In this document: positions 1 through 9,801 of the stretch, in pieces | Layout: the number at the start of each line of letters is the position of its first letter | Position numbering within the stretch: position 1 is the first letter of the stretch | From: Euglena gracilis | Taxonomy: Eukaryota | DNA length: 64,000 bases | Assembly: GCA_039621445.1 (NCBI GenBank) | Contig: CP154954.1 | Span: 43,565,847-43,629,846 of the forward strand | Reading direction: 5' to 3' | Notes under the pieces: generated by a model | Told to the model about the DNA's origin: nothing | The model's input: the letters and a program-made list of their open reading frames with translations, nothing else | Database searches by the model: none | Translations under genes and position numbers: made by a program

Positions 1-2325
1 TACTGAAAGATCGGCGCCCCGGAAATACCACAAGGCTTGTGAGGGGCGGACCCCACCCTGCCCTGGACGGGGGTGAGGGTGGTCAGGGATCCCTTCCCCT
101 TCCCTTTGGGGATTCTTTTCAGCCTTGTCCATGTGTTACGGGGTGGTGTCGGTGAAGTTTGGAATTCTTGGGAAACCATAGGAACACTTTGGGGAGGAGG
201 GAGAGTCACGGCACACCCTGACCAGGGGTTTTTTTTTAAGGCCGGGAGCCCCCCCCCCCCGGGAACCACTCAATATTCCCAGAAAATGGCCAAAAATCGC
301 GAAAAATGCCAAAATAGCACCCTTTTCAAAAATTTTCGCTGCCGAAAGGTACAACTCACCAGCCCCTGGGGGGACCCCCGCCGGGGGGTGTTCAGTGGGA
401 CCCACCCACCCTCCCCCCCCCAGGGGTCCGGAACCAAAAAAACCTCTGACGCTCCTAAAGAAGGGACAAAAAAAGAAAGAAGGAAGAAAGGAAGCCTGGG
501 TGCAGGACCAGGGCATGTAGGCCCAGGTCCCCCAGGCCGCCCACCGTGATGGCGACCAGGTGGGCCAGCCGCACGCCGTAGTAGGCGGCGTTGTGCCGCC
601 ACGCCCGGTCTCACTGGCGGATGGCCGGGGGGGGGGGGGCAGGGAGGGGGCCACACTCCAGCTTCTTTCTACCAACCCCCAGGGCGGTGCCTTGTGCTGT
701 GGAGTGCCTGCCCACAGCAGGGACCCCCGGGGGGGGGGGGTCGGCCCCTGGTGCCTTCCACCCAACCAACCCAGCCATTTTCAGACCCCCCAGCACCGCA
801 TATGCTGCAGCACCATCCACCCCAAAACTTGACCCCTTCCAGGTGGGGATAAAAAAAAATGCCCTCCAGCCCCCCCCCCCAAAACACCGAGAGGGGGAGA
901 GGGGGGAAGTGCGGTGTTGCTCTCCTCAATAAGAAGCTGGTGGGGGTTTTTGAGGCAGGACGTGGCCCACCATAGCCGTTGCCTTCGATGAGGGGGCGGA
1001 GGCGGGCAGCGGTGGTGTGGACGAGAGCGGCAACGGCTAGCGGCGGGGGCCCCTTTGACAAGAGGGGGGTGATGCAGCCTTTTTGTTTCAACAGATGCTG
1101 AGTGTCTCGGAAATTGTGAGAAAATGACCTGAGCGTCGGAACACCCCCCCCCTCCGTTCCGTCTCTCACCTGGGAATTGAATGTTCCTTTGAAAATTGGC
1201 AATCGATCACTCAAATTGCAGGTGACCCCCCAAAAAGCATCCACCAAAACCAAATGAAAATTACTCTGGCTGCCTCTGTAACACACCCCAGGGAAATTGA
1301 TGGACAGACAGCGGAAACTTAAATGGACAGGTGCAAAACATCGCCAAATCTGAATCATGTCCAAAAGAGGAGTAGGCCAAGAGGGAGTGCCAACGAGATG
1401 GGGTGTGGGCAGGGTGCGACATAAAAGGCAGGTGGGGGGATGACAACCCACAGGTGTCATCCAGGTGGAGAGAAAGACACCCGCCCAAGGACCCCTGCCC
1501 CATGAAAGCCCCCACCCCAGGGTCGGTTCGGACCCTCCAGTCCATGGGGAACCTCACTGAACACCCCCGGGCCGGAAATTGGCGTCCGGCCCGGGACGGT
1601 GAGAGGCACCGGCCCCTCCTGTGGCATCGAACACGACCCGTAAAACAAAGAGCCCACAGGGGGCCCCCCTTCCCTGGAGGAGGGGGATGCCCCGCCCCCC
1701 CCCCCGTGGAGGGGGTCGGGGTACCCCCCCCCTGGCTGGGCTGCTGGACGAAAAAATTAACCGGTTCCAGGGTTTGCTGCAAGTGGCAGGGGGAAGCACA
1801 CAGACCCAGGGGCAACACCTCATATGGTTACTCGGCCAGCAGATATAAAACGAGCAGGTGCTTCAAGGATTGCAGATGCGGATTCAGGGGGTCGAACAGA
1901 CAACGGCTGGGTTGGCTGAAAGTCAACGGGAGATGAAATCACGGGGGACAGAAACAGAACGCCAGGTTGGGACACTGGCAGGCAACTGTGACGAGACGCT
2001 GAAAGAACTGAACCACAGGGTTCAACAAACACAAGAACATTTTACCAAGGCAATGAAAGGCCTGAACGCAGGAGTGGAACAACTGTCGGAGGGACATCAG
2101 GATCAAACATTGGAACAGCACAGGAAATGGCCATTTTGACCAGACGCCTGGACACCCTGGCCTCAAACGAAGAAAACAAAAGAAGATTTGACCGCCTGAA
2201 CCAGGAAATAACCGGGCTGGGACACAAGGTGGAGGAATCGGCCCAAACCTTCAGAAGGGTATTGGGGGAATTCCAAAAAGGAGTTTTTAAGACTGGGTCG
2301 CAGGAAGCCAATGACCAGGCCAAGT

Positions 2326-2682
2326 TGTGCGCAGCCTGAAGCCTAATTTCAGACTGAGTGCGCGCGCTGCATATTGTAATTTGTGTTTTTTCTGTTCAGT
2401 CAAACCTCACGAGTTGATTGCTGGGCCCATGGGTCGTGGCCCCGTGGCATATACCTGGACCATGGGACTGACTGAGGATTTGGAGATTTCAGTGTTGTGC
2501 TGTGGTTGAAGTGTGGAAATTTGAAGTGGAAGTTGCCTGCCAATGGGGGGGAAGGCAAAGCCCAAGGCGAAGGCAAACCCCAAGGCGAAGCCGAAGCCAG
2601 CCAAACAGGGGGCCCGGGGTCGGGCGGCTGAAAAGGTGTGGATTGCAAAGAGAGCCCCCACCCCGGCGCCGCCCCTGTTTCA
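2326..2682 (+). repeat. 5' LTR of element D
   Basis: Starts TGTGCGCAGCC; near-identical to 5080-5437. Confidence 0.8.
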
Positions 2683-3784
2683 CAATCAACTCAGCTGTGA
2701 CGGCCCGACGGAAGACACAGTGGAGCATGCTGGATTGGTGCATGCACCAGTGGTACATCCTGGAGCTGGACATGGTCAACATGTTCAAGATATACATTCC
2801 GGTCATTCGGGCCATGCCACAGATGCACATGGGGTGCATGCTGCAGATGCCGCAGATGCACATGGGGTGCATGCTGCAGATGCTTCAGGTGCACATGGGG
2901 TGCAGGCTGCAGATGACCCACATGGACATGGAGTGCATCATGGGGCTGGCCTGACTGGAGAGGCAGATGACGGAGATGTGCATGCAGTGACGGCCAGGTC
3001 AGGGCGGGCGGTGGATGATGCCCTGGCCATGCATGCTGAAGTTGGACATGATGGAGGCACGACCCGGCCCTGTACAGCCACTCAGGGTTTGGCCACTCAG
3101 AAAGCCGGCTGTTCTTCGGCCGCCGAGAGAGGGTCCCCCAGCAGAGCTTCGGCCGCTGTGGGGACGCGCAGCATTTCGCATGACGACATTGGGGATGACG
3201 ACATGGGGCATGCCGACATCGTGGCTGACGGCATTGGGAATGCTGACATCGAGGAGGACAGCATTGGGCATGCAGCGGCAGACCCCAACAGTGCTCCGGC
3301 CGTTGGGGCAACGGAGATCCAAACCGCCAGCCGTGCTGCCGCCGCTGGGGTCCCTGAGTTCTCCAATTTGGGTGATGTACCGATGGAGATCCAAACCCCC
3401 AGCTGTGCTTCGGCCGCGGGGGTCCCTGAGTTCTCCGTCCTGGCGGTGATTGGAATCCCGCCTGGGGAAGGACGGAAGTGTGATGTATTTTGCTGGGCTG
3501 ATCCGGGATGCCACTGTGGGATAAGTGGCAGCCGGCCCAATCGGGGTGGCCAGGAAATCTACGAAGGACCAGCTGGAAGCAGTGCATCGTCGCCGAGGGC
3601 GGAGGCTCCGCCGGCAACAGTGGACGAGTCCATAGCAGAGTCTCGACGACTGGCCGTGCGGTACGAGCGAGAAACCCCAGTTCGACACTGGGATGCGCTG
3701 TCGGAGATGAGGCCGCTGACGGAGACGGAGAAGCGAAAGAGGCGGAAGGACCGCCTGCTCCACCACCAGGGATGGTGGGAGTGA
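2543..3784 (+). CDS. Hypothetical 413-aa low-complexity ORF in element D (Lys/Ala/Pro N-terminus, His-rich repeats)
   Basis: ATG-initiated ORF starting inside the LTR, with 27-bp repeats encoding AHGVHAADA-like units. No recognised domain. Confidence 0.35.
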   Translation: MGGKAKPKAKANPKAKPKPAKQGARGRAAEKVWIAKRAPTPAPPLFHNQLSCDGPTEDTVEHAGLVHAPVVHPGAGHGQHVQDIHSGHSGHATDAHGVHAADAADAHGVHAADASGAHGVQAADDPHGHGVHHGAGLTGEADDGDVHAVTARSGRAVDDALAMHAEVGHDGGTTRPCTATQGLATQKAGCSSAAERGSPSRASAAVGTRSISHDDIGDDDMGHADIVADGIGNADIEEDSIGHAAADPNSAPAVGATEIQTASRAAAAGVPEFSNLGDVPMEIQTPSCASAAGVPEFSVLAVIGIPPGEGRKCDVFCWADPGCHCGISGSRPNRGGQEIYEGPAGSSASSPRAEAPPATVDESIAESRRLAVRYERETPVRHWDALSEMRPLTETEKRKRRKDRLLHHQGWWE

Positions 3785-3940
3785 GAGGGGGGAGTGGCCG
3801 AACCGAAGAGGCGGCCCGGGTAACGGGCGAAGAGTCCGCCCCGCCAGCCTTCCTGTTTAGAGTTGGCCTGCATTTTGGGGTTCCCCTCCTGGTGGGTTAC
3901 GACCCCAGGTTGGGGGTAATGCGGGTTTTTGGAATTTTTG

Positions 3941-4250
3941 AGTGACAAATGACCCATCTGGTGTGTTTCGACCCCAGGTGGGGGGGTACATGTTTCGTAT
4001 GTTGAATGTGACAAATGACCCATCTGGTGTGTTTCGACCCAGGTGGGGGGGTACGTTACCGTTTTCAGAATGAGATGAGATGACCCATCTGGTGTGTTTC
4101 GACCCCAGGTGGGGGGGACCTGTTTCGTATGTTGAATGTGACAAATGACCCATCTGGTGTGTTTCGACCCAGGTGGGGGGGTACGTTACCGTTTTCAGAA
4201 TGAGATGAGATGACCCATCTGGTGTGTTTCGACCCCAGGTGGGGGGGGGT
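3941..4250. repeat. Tandem minisatellite, 5 x ~65 bp, two alternating unit types
   Basis: Core ATGACCCATCTGGTGTGTTTCGACCC(C)AGGTGGGGGG at 3949, 4015, 4080, 4145 and 4210. Confidence 0.9.
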
Positions 4251-5079
4251 ACATTACGGTTTTTGACCCCTGGTGAGTTACGACCCCAGGGGATGCCTGG
4301 CTCGGTGACATTGTTGGTTTGATGGTCCAGGGTGTCAAGTCCTCCCCCTCGGCTGTAATGCCCTGGTGGGAATGTTTGAGGCCTGCCCTGGGAGTGGTGG
4401 GTTTGTTTTGGCTGTTCACGTTTCGACATTGGACATTTCCATATTTTGACATTGGACCACGATCGTTGCCTTATCGCCTTTGTTTTTCAGCCTGGACCCA
4501 GTGAGTCTCGACCCTGGGGGTGGAAGGCTTTGAGTTTCGGAGAGAGTGCGAGAGTTTTGTGGGTTCACGACCCCAGGCCCCTCACCCGCTGAGTTTCGAC
4601 CGCTGGGGGGGGCCGCCCTCTTTCTAATGATGTTCAGTTTGGAGCCCCCGTCTGTGGACCAAAGAGTGGAGAGATGTTCATTCGAATTCCATTCATGGAG
4701 AGCTTTGGGCCCGAGCCTCCCACCTGCTGAGTTTCGACCGCGAGGGTGGGGGAACATTTTCATTTTTGGTGGTGTAAGGCCCTGGGCCCACACCCGCCGA
4801 GTTCGACGGCGGGGGGGGGATGGACGAAAGGGACCCCCCCCCCCGGGGGCGAGTTTCGGCCCACCGGGGGGGAAGAACGGAACCCCCCCCCGGGGTGAGT
4901 TTCGACCCCCCGGGGGGACAAACAGGCCCCCCCCCCCCCCCGGGCCGAGTTTCGACCCCCCGGGGGGGAATAAACGGGACCCCCCCCCCCGGGACGAGTT
5001 CCGACCCCCGGGGTGGGAGGGTTCAGGCTGCACAGGGAGTCATTTATAAATTGCCCAGCAATTTTCGTGGTGAGGGGAG

Positions 5080-5437
5080 TGTGCGCAGCCTGAAGCCTAA
5101 ATTAGGACTGAGTACCGCGCGCTGCACATTGTAATTTGTGTTTTTTCTGTTCAGTCAAACCTCACGAGTTGATTGCTGGGCCCATGGGTCGTGGCCCCGT
5201 GGCATATATCTGGACCATGGGACTGACTGAGGATTTGGAGATTTGATTTTTGTGCTGTAGTTGAAGTGTGGAAATTTGAAGTGGAAGTTGCCTGCCAATG
5301 GGGGGGAAGGCAAAGCCCAAGGCGAAGGCAAAACCCAAGTCGAAGCCGAAGCCAGCCAAACAGGGGGCCCGGGGTCGGGCGGCTGAAAAGGTGTGGATTG
5401 CGAAGAGAGCCCCCACCCCGGCGCCGCCCCTGTTTCA
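5080..5437 (+). repeat. 3' LTR of element D
   Basis: Repeat of 2326-2682, preceded by a PPT. Confidence 0.8.
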
Positions 5438-5519
5438 AGGCGGATAGACATGACCTCCACGCTGGGACAGACAGTCAGCAAAGTGGGACGGATGGAGGCA
5501 CAGCTGGCAGATCTAACCA

Positions 5520-5840
5520 TGTGTCCGCAGCCTTTGAGGTGCTGAGTGCAGTGGATATCACAGAGTAGTGCGCTGACATGCCAAGACTGGGAGTTAAGGC
5601 TTACCCTGCGTAATTAGGAACTCCCATCTGTATATTTCTTCTGTACAGTGGCAATCAGCGTACTCCTTTGTCATGTTTGCCTGTCTAAGTGATTTTGGAT
5701 TGCTCTGCCGTCTGGTGTAACTTGGAAGTTGAAGTGAGCTCCGCAGCAAGATGGGGAAAAATTCAAGGGCCAGGAGGGCTGAAGTCCAAGAAAAAGAATG
5801 GAGGCCCCCCAGGGGAAAATCACCACACCCCCTTTTCACA
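5520..5840 (+). mobile_element. Solo LTR (321 bp) in B gag
   Basis: TG..CA ends with perfect 4-bp TSD ACCA (5516-5519, 5841-5844). Removal restores DLTTRTKLKETQDSVLWQ, homologous to A gag. Confidence 0.85.
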
Positions 5841-8315
5841 ACCACACGAACAAAACTGAAAGAAACACAAGACTCTGTACTTTGGCAGCAGCAGTGTAGA
5901 ACGCTGGCTGCCGAGTTCCACAGTCAGAACCAGCTGTGCGAAACCAAATGGGAGGCAACGGAGAAACGACTAACCGAACTGACTGAACTGACACAAAAGA
6001 CAAAAAGAAGTTTTGAAAAATCTCAATCTTATTCTTTCTCAGCAGCCTCTAGCTCTCTCAGCGACCGGCGCCAACAGGGGACGGGGAAAACCCCAGAAAC
6101 CCCAGCCCCTGTGCCAGTGGGCCAGTTGTCCAGACGGACAACAGAACCGCCAAACGGGAAGGGGCAAACCCAAGAACCCCAGCCAGCTGCTGCAGCAAGG
6201 CAGCGAAGCCCAGGTCCAGCCACAGCCATCACGGGGCAGGGGCTGGCATATGTGCCCCAGTCGGAGGCTTTGGCAGAACTGATGGGGCTGGGGGGACCCC
6301 AGCCAGCGGTCCCAGCCCCACAGCCAGCAGCCTCGACCCCACAGCCAGTGACCCCAACGGGGGTCTGGGGGCCCCAAAGTCCCCTAACACAGCCCAAGGA
6401 GGGGACCCGAGGAGCCAAGGGACAGCTACGGGAGGGGACCCGAGGACCCCAAGGACCCGTGCCAGGTGTGGGTTGGGACCTCCCCGACCAAAAAACCCTA
6501 ATGGTGCAAACGGTGCAAGAAGAATTTAAAAAACTTTCAATCCGACAGGACCCCCCCGTTTCAAAGACCTAACCCCCCAAACCCCAACCCGTGTTTGAAC
6601 TTTCAGCCGACGCCCAACCTTTTCAACCTCGACCGAAGCCGACAGACCCAATGCTGGAACACCAGCAGCGACTGGAGAGGGAACTGTTGGAAATCAAAAA
6701 CATGATGCAACAGCAGGGTCAGCAACGGGAAAACACAGGTCCCAGCCAGATCTCACAGCCACGAATATGGGATCTGTTCACATGGGTGACAGAAGAAAAC
6801 CCAGGGCCACAAAATACAGCAGGTCCTCAATTCGGCAGCACATACACACCCATTTTTCATGTGGGGGCAGAAACGGTTGTCGCCCCATTGGCAGCACAGG
6901 CTGCCCCCTCCATTGGGCTGCTGATGGGACCAGTGGGTGCAGCCATGACAAAAGACCTGGTCAGACCGCTCCTCCAAGGAAATTTTGCAGATTTTTCTGT
7001 GAAATTTCCCATTTACCTGAACCGATTGTCAGCCGGACAGGGACCCCTCACAGATGACATGAAACTGACAATTGTGGACGGAAGCCTTGACGAGACGGGC
7101 CGGCTGGAGCTCCAGCGACGACAAGAATGGGGAGAAAAAATCAGGTATCAGGAACTTTCGAACTGGCTCTTCCAAAAGTACGAAGGGGACACCCAGCTGG
7201 CAATAAAGGAGGAGCTGAAAAACCTGAAACCCAGGTGCGATGGAAAACTGACTCTGGGGGCATGAAGGGAGTTTGAAGCACGCTTCAAGCTGCTCTACAG
7301 TCGGTTGCAACACCCCTCCACAGACGATGCATACGCATTGGTCGCTGAACGGATGCCTGAAATGATGCGCAGAAACTGCATTCGTGAACAAGACAGGAGG
7401 AACCAAGACAGGCCCACCCTGAAATTGAAGGGGCTGACAAAGGTTCCTGGGATCCCAGACGCAACCAGGGAAGACGTAACAAGACTGGTGGCAGCCACAC
7501 TTGCGGCTGACGAAAGGTTCCTCGTGACAGCAGATGGAACCGATTTCATCGTCAGCCTGAACGGCAGCAGGGCGTCCCAGCTGCTGATGATGAAGAACGG
7601 CACAGCCCTGGCCTCAGGACACCAACCCAGATTCACAGTGGTACAAACAAAGCTGTCTCTGGAGGAGATGTTTGCAAAGGTGGAAACAGAACTGAGATGT
7701 CAGGAACAACCTGACACGTTCGGAAAGAATTTCGGGGGGTGGCAGAACCAGCCACGGGAACATCGATCAACATCCAGTGACAAAAGGGGGTATGTCCGGG
7801 AGGTGAAATAAAACAATTCTTCTCGACCCAGAAGCAAAACGCCCCCACCTGCCCGTTCCCGTTCCAATTCCCCAAAACCCAGTCCACCAACTCCAGAAAG
7901 GCAGCCTTCGTGTGCCCCACAACCCCAGCCCCCAGCCCCCTACAATCAGGGACAGAGTCAAAATCTGGGCCAAAACTGGGCAGCCTGGACCACTGTGGAT
8001 TACAGCAAGGGGAAAGGAAAAGGCAGGGGACAGGGTTCGTATCCTGACCAAGGCAAGGGAAAAGGGTCTGGGAAGGGGAGCGGGAAGAGAAATTCAGGAA
8101 AAGGACAACCGTCCTGGCACCAGACACAGAACTCTGGGACAGTCGGACAGCCCAGATACGTACCACCTCCAGATGAAGGACGGTGTTACAACTGTGAACA
8201 GCCGGGACACTTCAAACGGGAGTGTCCACAGCCACCGCGGTGGACACAGAAAACGGCAGCACCGCAGACTGGTCAGCAGGTTGCTGCCCAGGGGTAGAAG
8301 TTAAGCAGCTGCGGT

Positions 8316-9050
8316 ATGGAGGGAGGGGACGAGAGGGGCGACTCTCTGAGTAAACATACCAAACAGAGGGACAGAAAGGAGCCACTACCGCAGCAGAAAC
8401 AGCGAACGGAGGGAGGTAAGGGATCCAGTGGTTCAGACCAGAAAGCACAAAACAGACAAAGACAAAACACAAAGGCTCAGGTGCCACGGGAGGAGGCTAG
8501 CTGCAGGTTTGGGCGGGCAGCCTCCCGTTGGATTACCAACCAGTACTACGTGCAGGGCAGTTTTGTGAAAAAAATAATCTCACATTTTAGTTTGCAACCA
8601 CAGGTGGATGCCTTCGTCACAGAACAGGACAAGCGGTTCCCGCATTGGTGGGGACCAGACAGCCCACACGGCACAGACGCCTTCCCAAAAAATTGGCAGG
8701 GCAGCCTCCTGTGGGTCAACCCACCGTTCGACAAAATGCCAGAGGTGATCAAAAAAATTCAGACGGACCAGGCCCACGCAGTTTTGGTGGTACCTCAGTG
8801 GAAACACCGAGTTTGGTACCCACAGGCCAGGAAACTGGCCCTCATTTCCATGACGTATCCCGCAAAAAACAAATTTTTTTGGCAGGGGCGACAAGGGTTG
8901 TAGGGAAACACAGTGGCCGGTGGAGGTGCTGCTGGTGTGTGGGCACACGGAACGCTGTGATTACCTGACGGGATTCCACCAGCACATGACCCCCCGACAC
9001 CCAACGTCCAAGGTCAACTTCGGGACTGTGCAACACGTTCCACCTTTGGA
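8316..9050 (+). pseudogene. Element B Dam-like N6-adenine DNA methyltransferase domain
   Basis: QPQVDAF...DAF..NW..LLWVNPPF...VLVVPQW motifs of the phage/DIRS-type Dam family. Frameshift near 8880-8900. Confidence 0.85.
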
Positions 9051-9144
9051 GACTGGGGAGGGGGGTGATGAACACCAGCCACTGGGGAAAACCGACCTGC
9101 CGGGGAAAAGCGTTTTGGACCGTTCAGCAGAACCGAAACTGAAA

Positions 9145-9225
9145 ATGCTGGACCTTTTCTGTGGTACCAAGTCGGTGGGCCAAGCATACAAAAAAATGGG
9201 GTTTCAGGTTGGTGACAGTGGACCT
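9145..9225 (+). pseudogene. Element B C5-cytosine methyltransferase, N-terminal part
   Basis: MLDLFCGTKSV (motif I), interrupted by element A. Confidence 0.85.
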
Positions 9226-9701
9226 TGTGAGTCAGGGGTGCTGAGTGCCCAAAACAACATAACCTAACCCAACCCAACCTGATGACTCTGCAGTTAGGAT
9301 TAGGAAAATCTTATTAAGAATTATTATCAGCTGACCCCATCTGTCCCTGCACAGGGCACTGTTTCTGTTTTTGTCTGTTTCAAGTTAAAGAATCGAATTA
9401 TCTTGGTGGCATCAATTACCATTCTTACCTGGACTTTACGTACTTTTGGTTTTGGATCGGTGTGGTGGATTTGCTGAATTGCTTGTATTGTGCTGTTGGA
9501 CTTGTGGATTTTTTTCAAAGGAAAGCCAACCAACCCACCTTTTTTCACCCAAAAAACCCGCAAAAACAAAAAGAAAATACAATTTTTGAAACAAGCCGCG
9601 AGGGGAATTGAAATCACCCTGCGCAGGGTAAAAGATCCTACGCAACGGGGTGCCGGCCCCGAGGGACTGGTAACTCCAGGGCAGGCACCACGGTTACAAC
9701 A
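9226..9701 (+). repeat. 5' LTR of element A
   Basis: Matches 38573-39045 with about 13 substitutions and one 3-bp indel by eye. Confidence 0.95.
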
Positions 9702-9713
9702 TGGTCGCAGAGG
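9702..9713 (+). promoter_or_regulatory. Primer binding site of A (initiator tRNA-Met type)
   Basis: TGGTCGCAGAGG directly after the LTR; one mismatch to TGGTAGCAGAGG of B. Confidence 0.8.
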
Positions 9714-9801
9714 TAGACTGCCCAATTTTGATTCCCCCCCAACATGCGGCTACGAACAACAAGCTTAAGAACGACCAGAAACTGAAAAAACTGACGCTAA
9801 C

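Larger units (their letters stand above)
2326..5437 (+). mobile_element. Element D: non-autonomous LTR element inserted in B gag
   Basis: ~357-bp direct repeats TG..CA at 2326-2682 and 5080-5437, with purine tract GAGGGGAG before the second. B gag resumes after 5437. TSD is degenerate (AAGT/AGGC). No gag/pol motifs or clear PBS inside. Confidence 0.75.
1733..8297 (+). pseudogene. gag: Element B gag, central and C-terminal part (pieces 1733-2325, 5438-5519, 5841-8297)
   Basis: Peptides align with A gag (GPVGAAMTKDLVRP, DRPTLKLKG, VETELRCQ). CCHC knuckle CYNCEQPGHFKREC at ~8185-8226. Several stops and frameshifts. Confidence 0.85.

Noticed and set aside
1-1732. ORFs at the window start, including 669-1460 (-)
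   Set aside because: Homopolymer-rich with no recognisable motifs; probably decayed repeats that I cannot classify.
3941-4250. CRISPR-like repeat/spacer periodicity
   Set aside because: The apparent spacers are two alternating repeated sequences, there are no cas genes, and the context is a eukaryotic LTR element.
8316-9225. Bacterial restriction-modification locus or contamination
   Set aside because: The methyltransferases are fused in the retrotransposon pol frame inside LTRs, no endonuclease is present, and a spliced gene lies in the window.
9260-9305. Telomere-like AACCT/TTAGG words in the A LTR
   Set aside because: Only two or three imperfect units; not distinguishable from chance.
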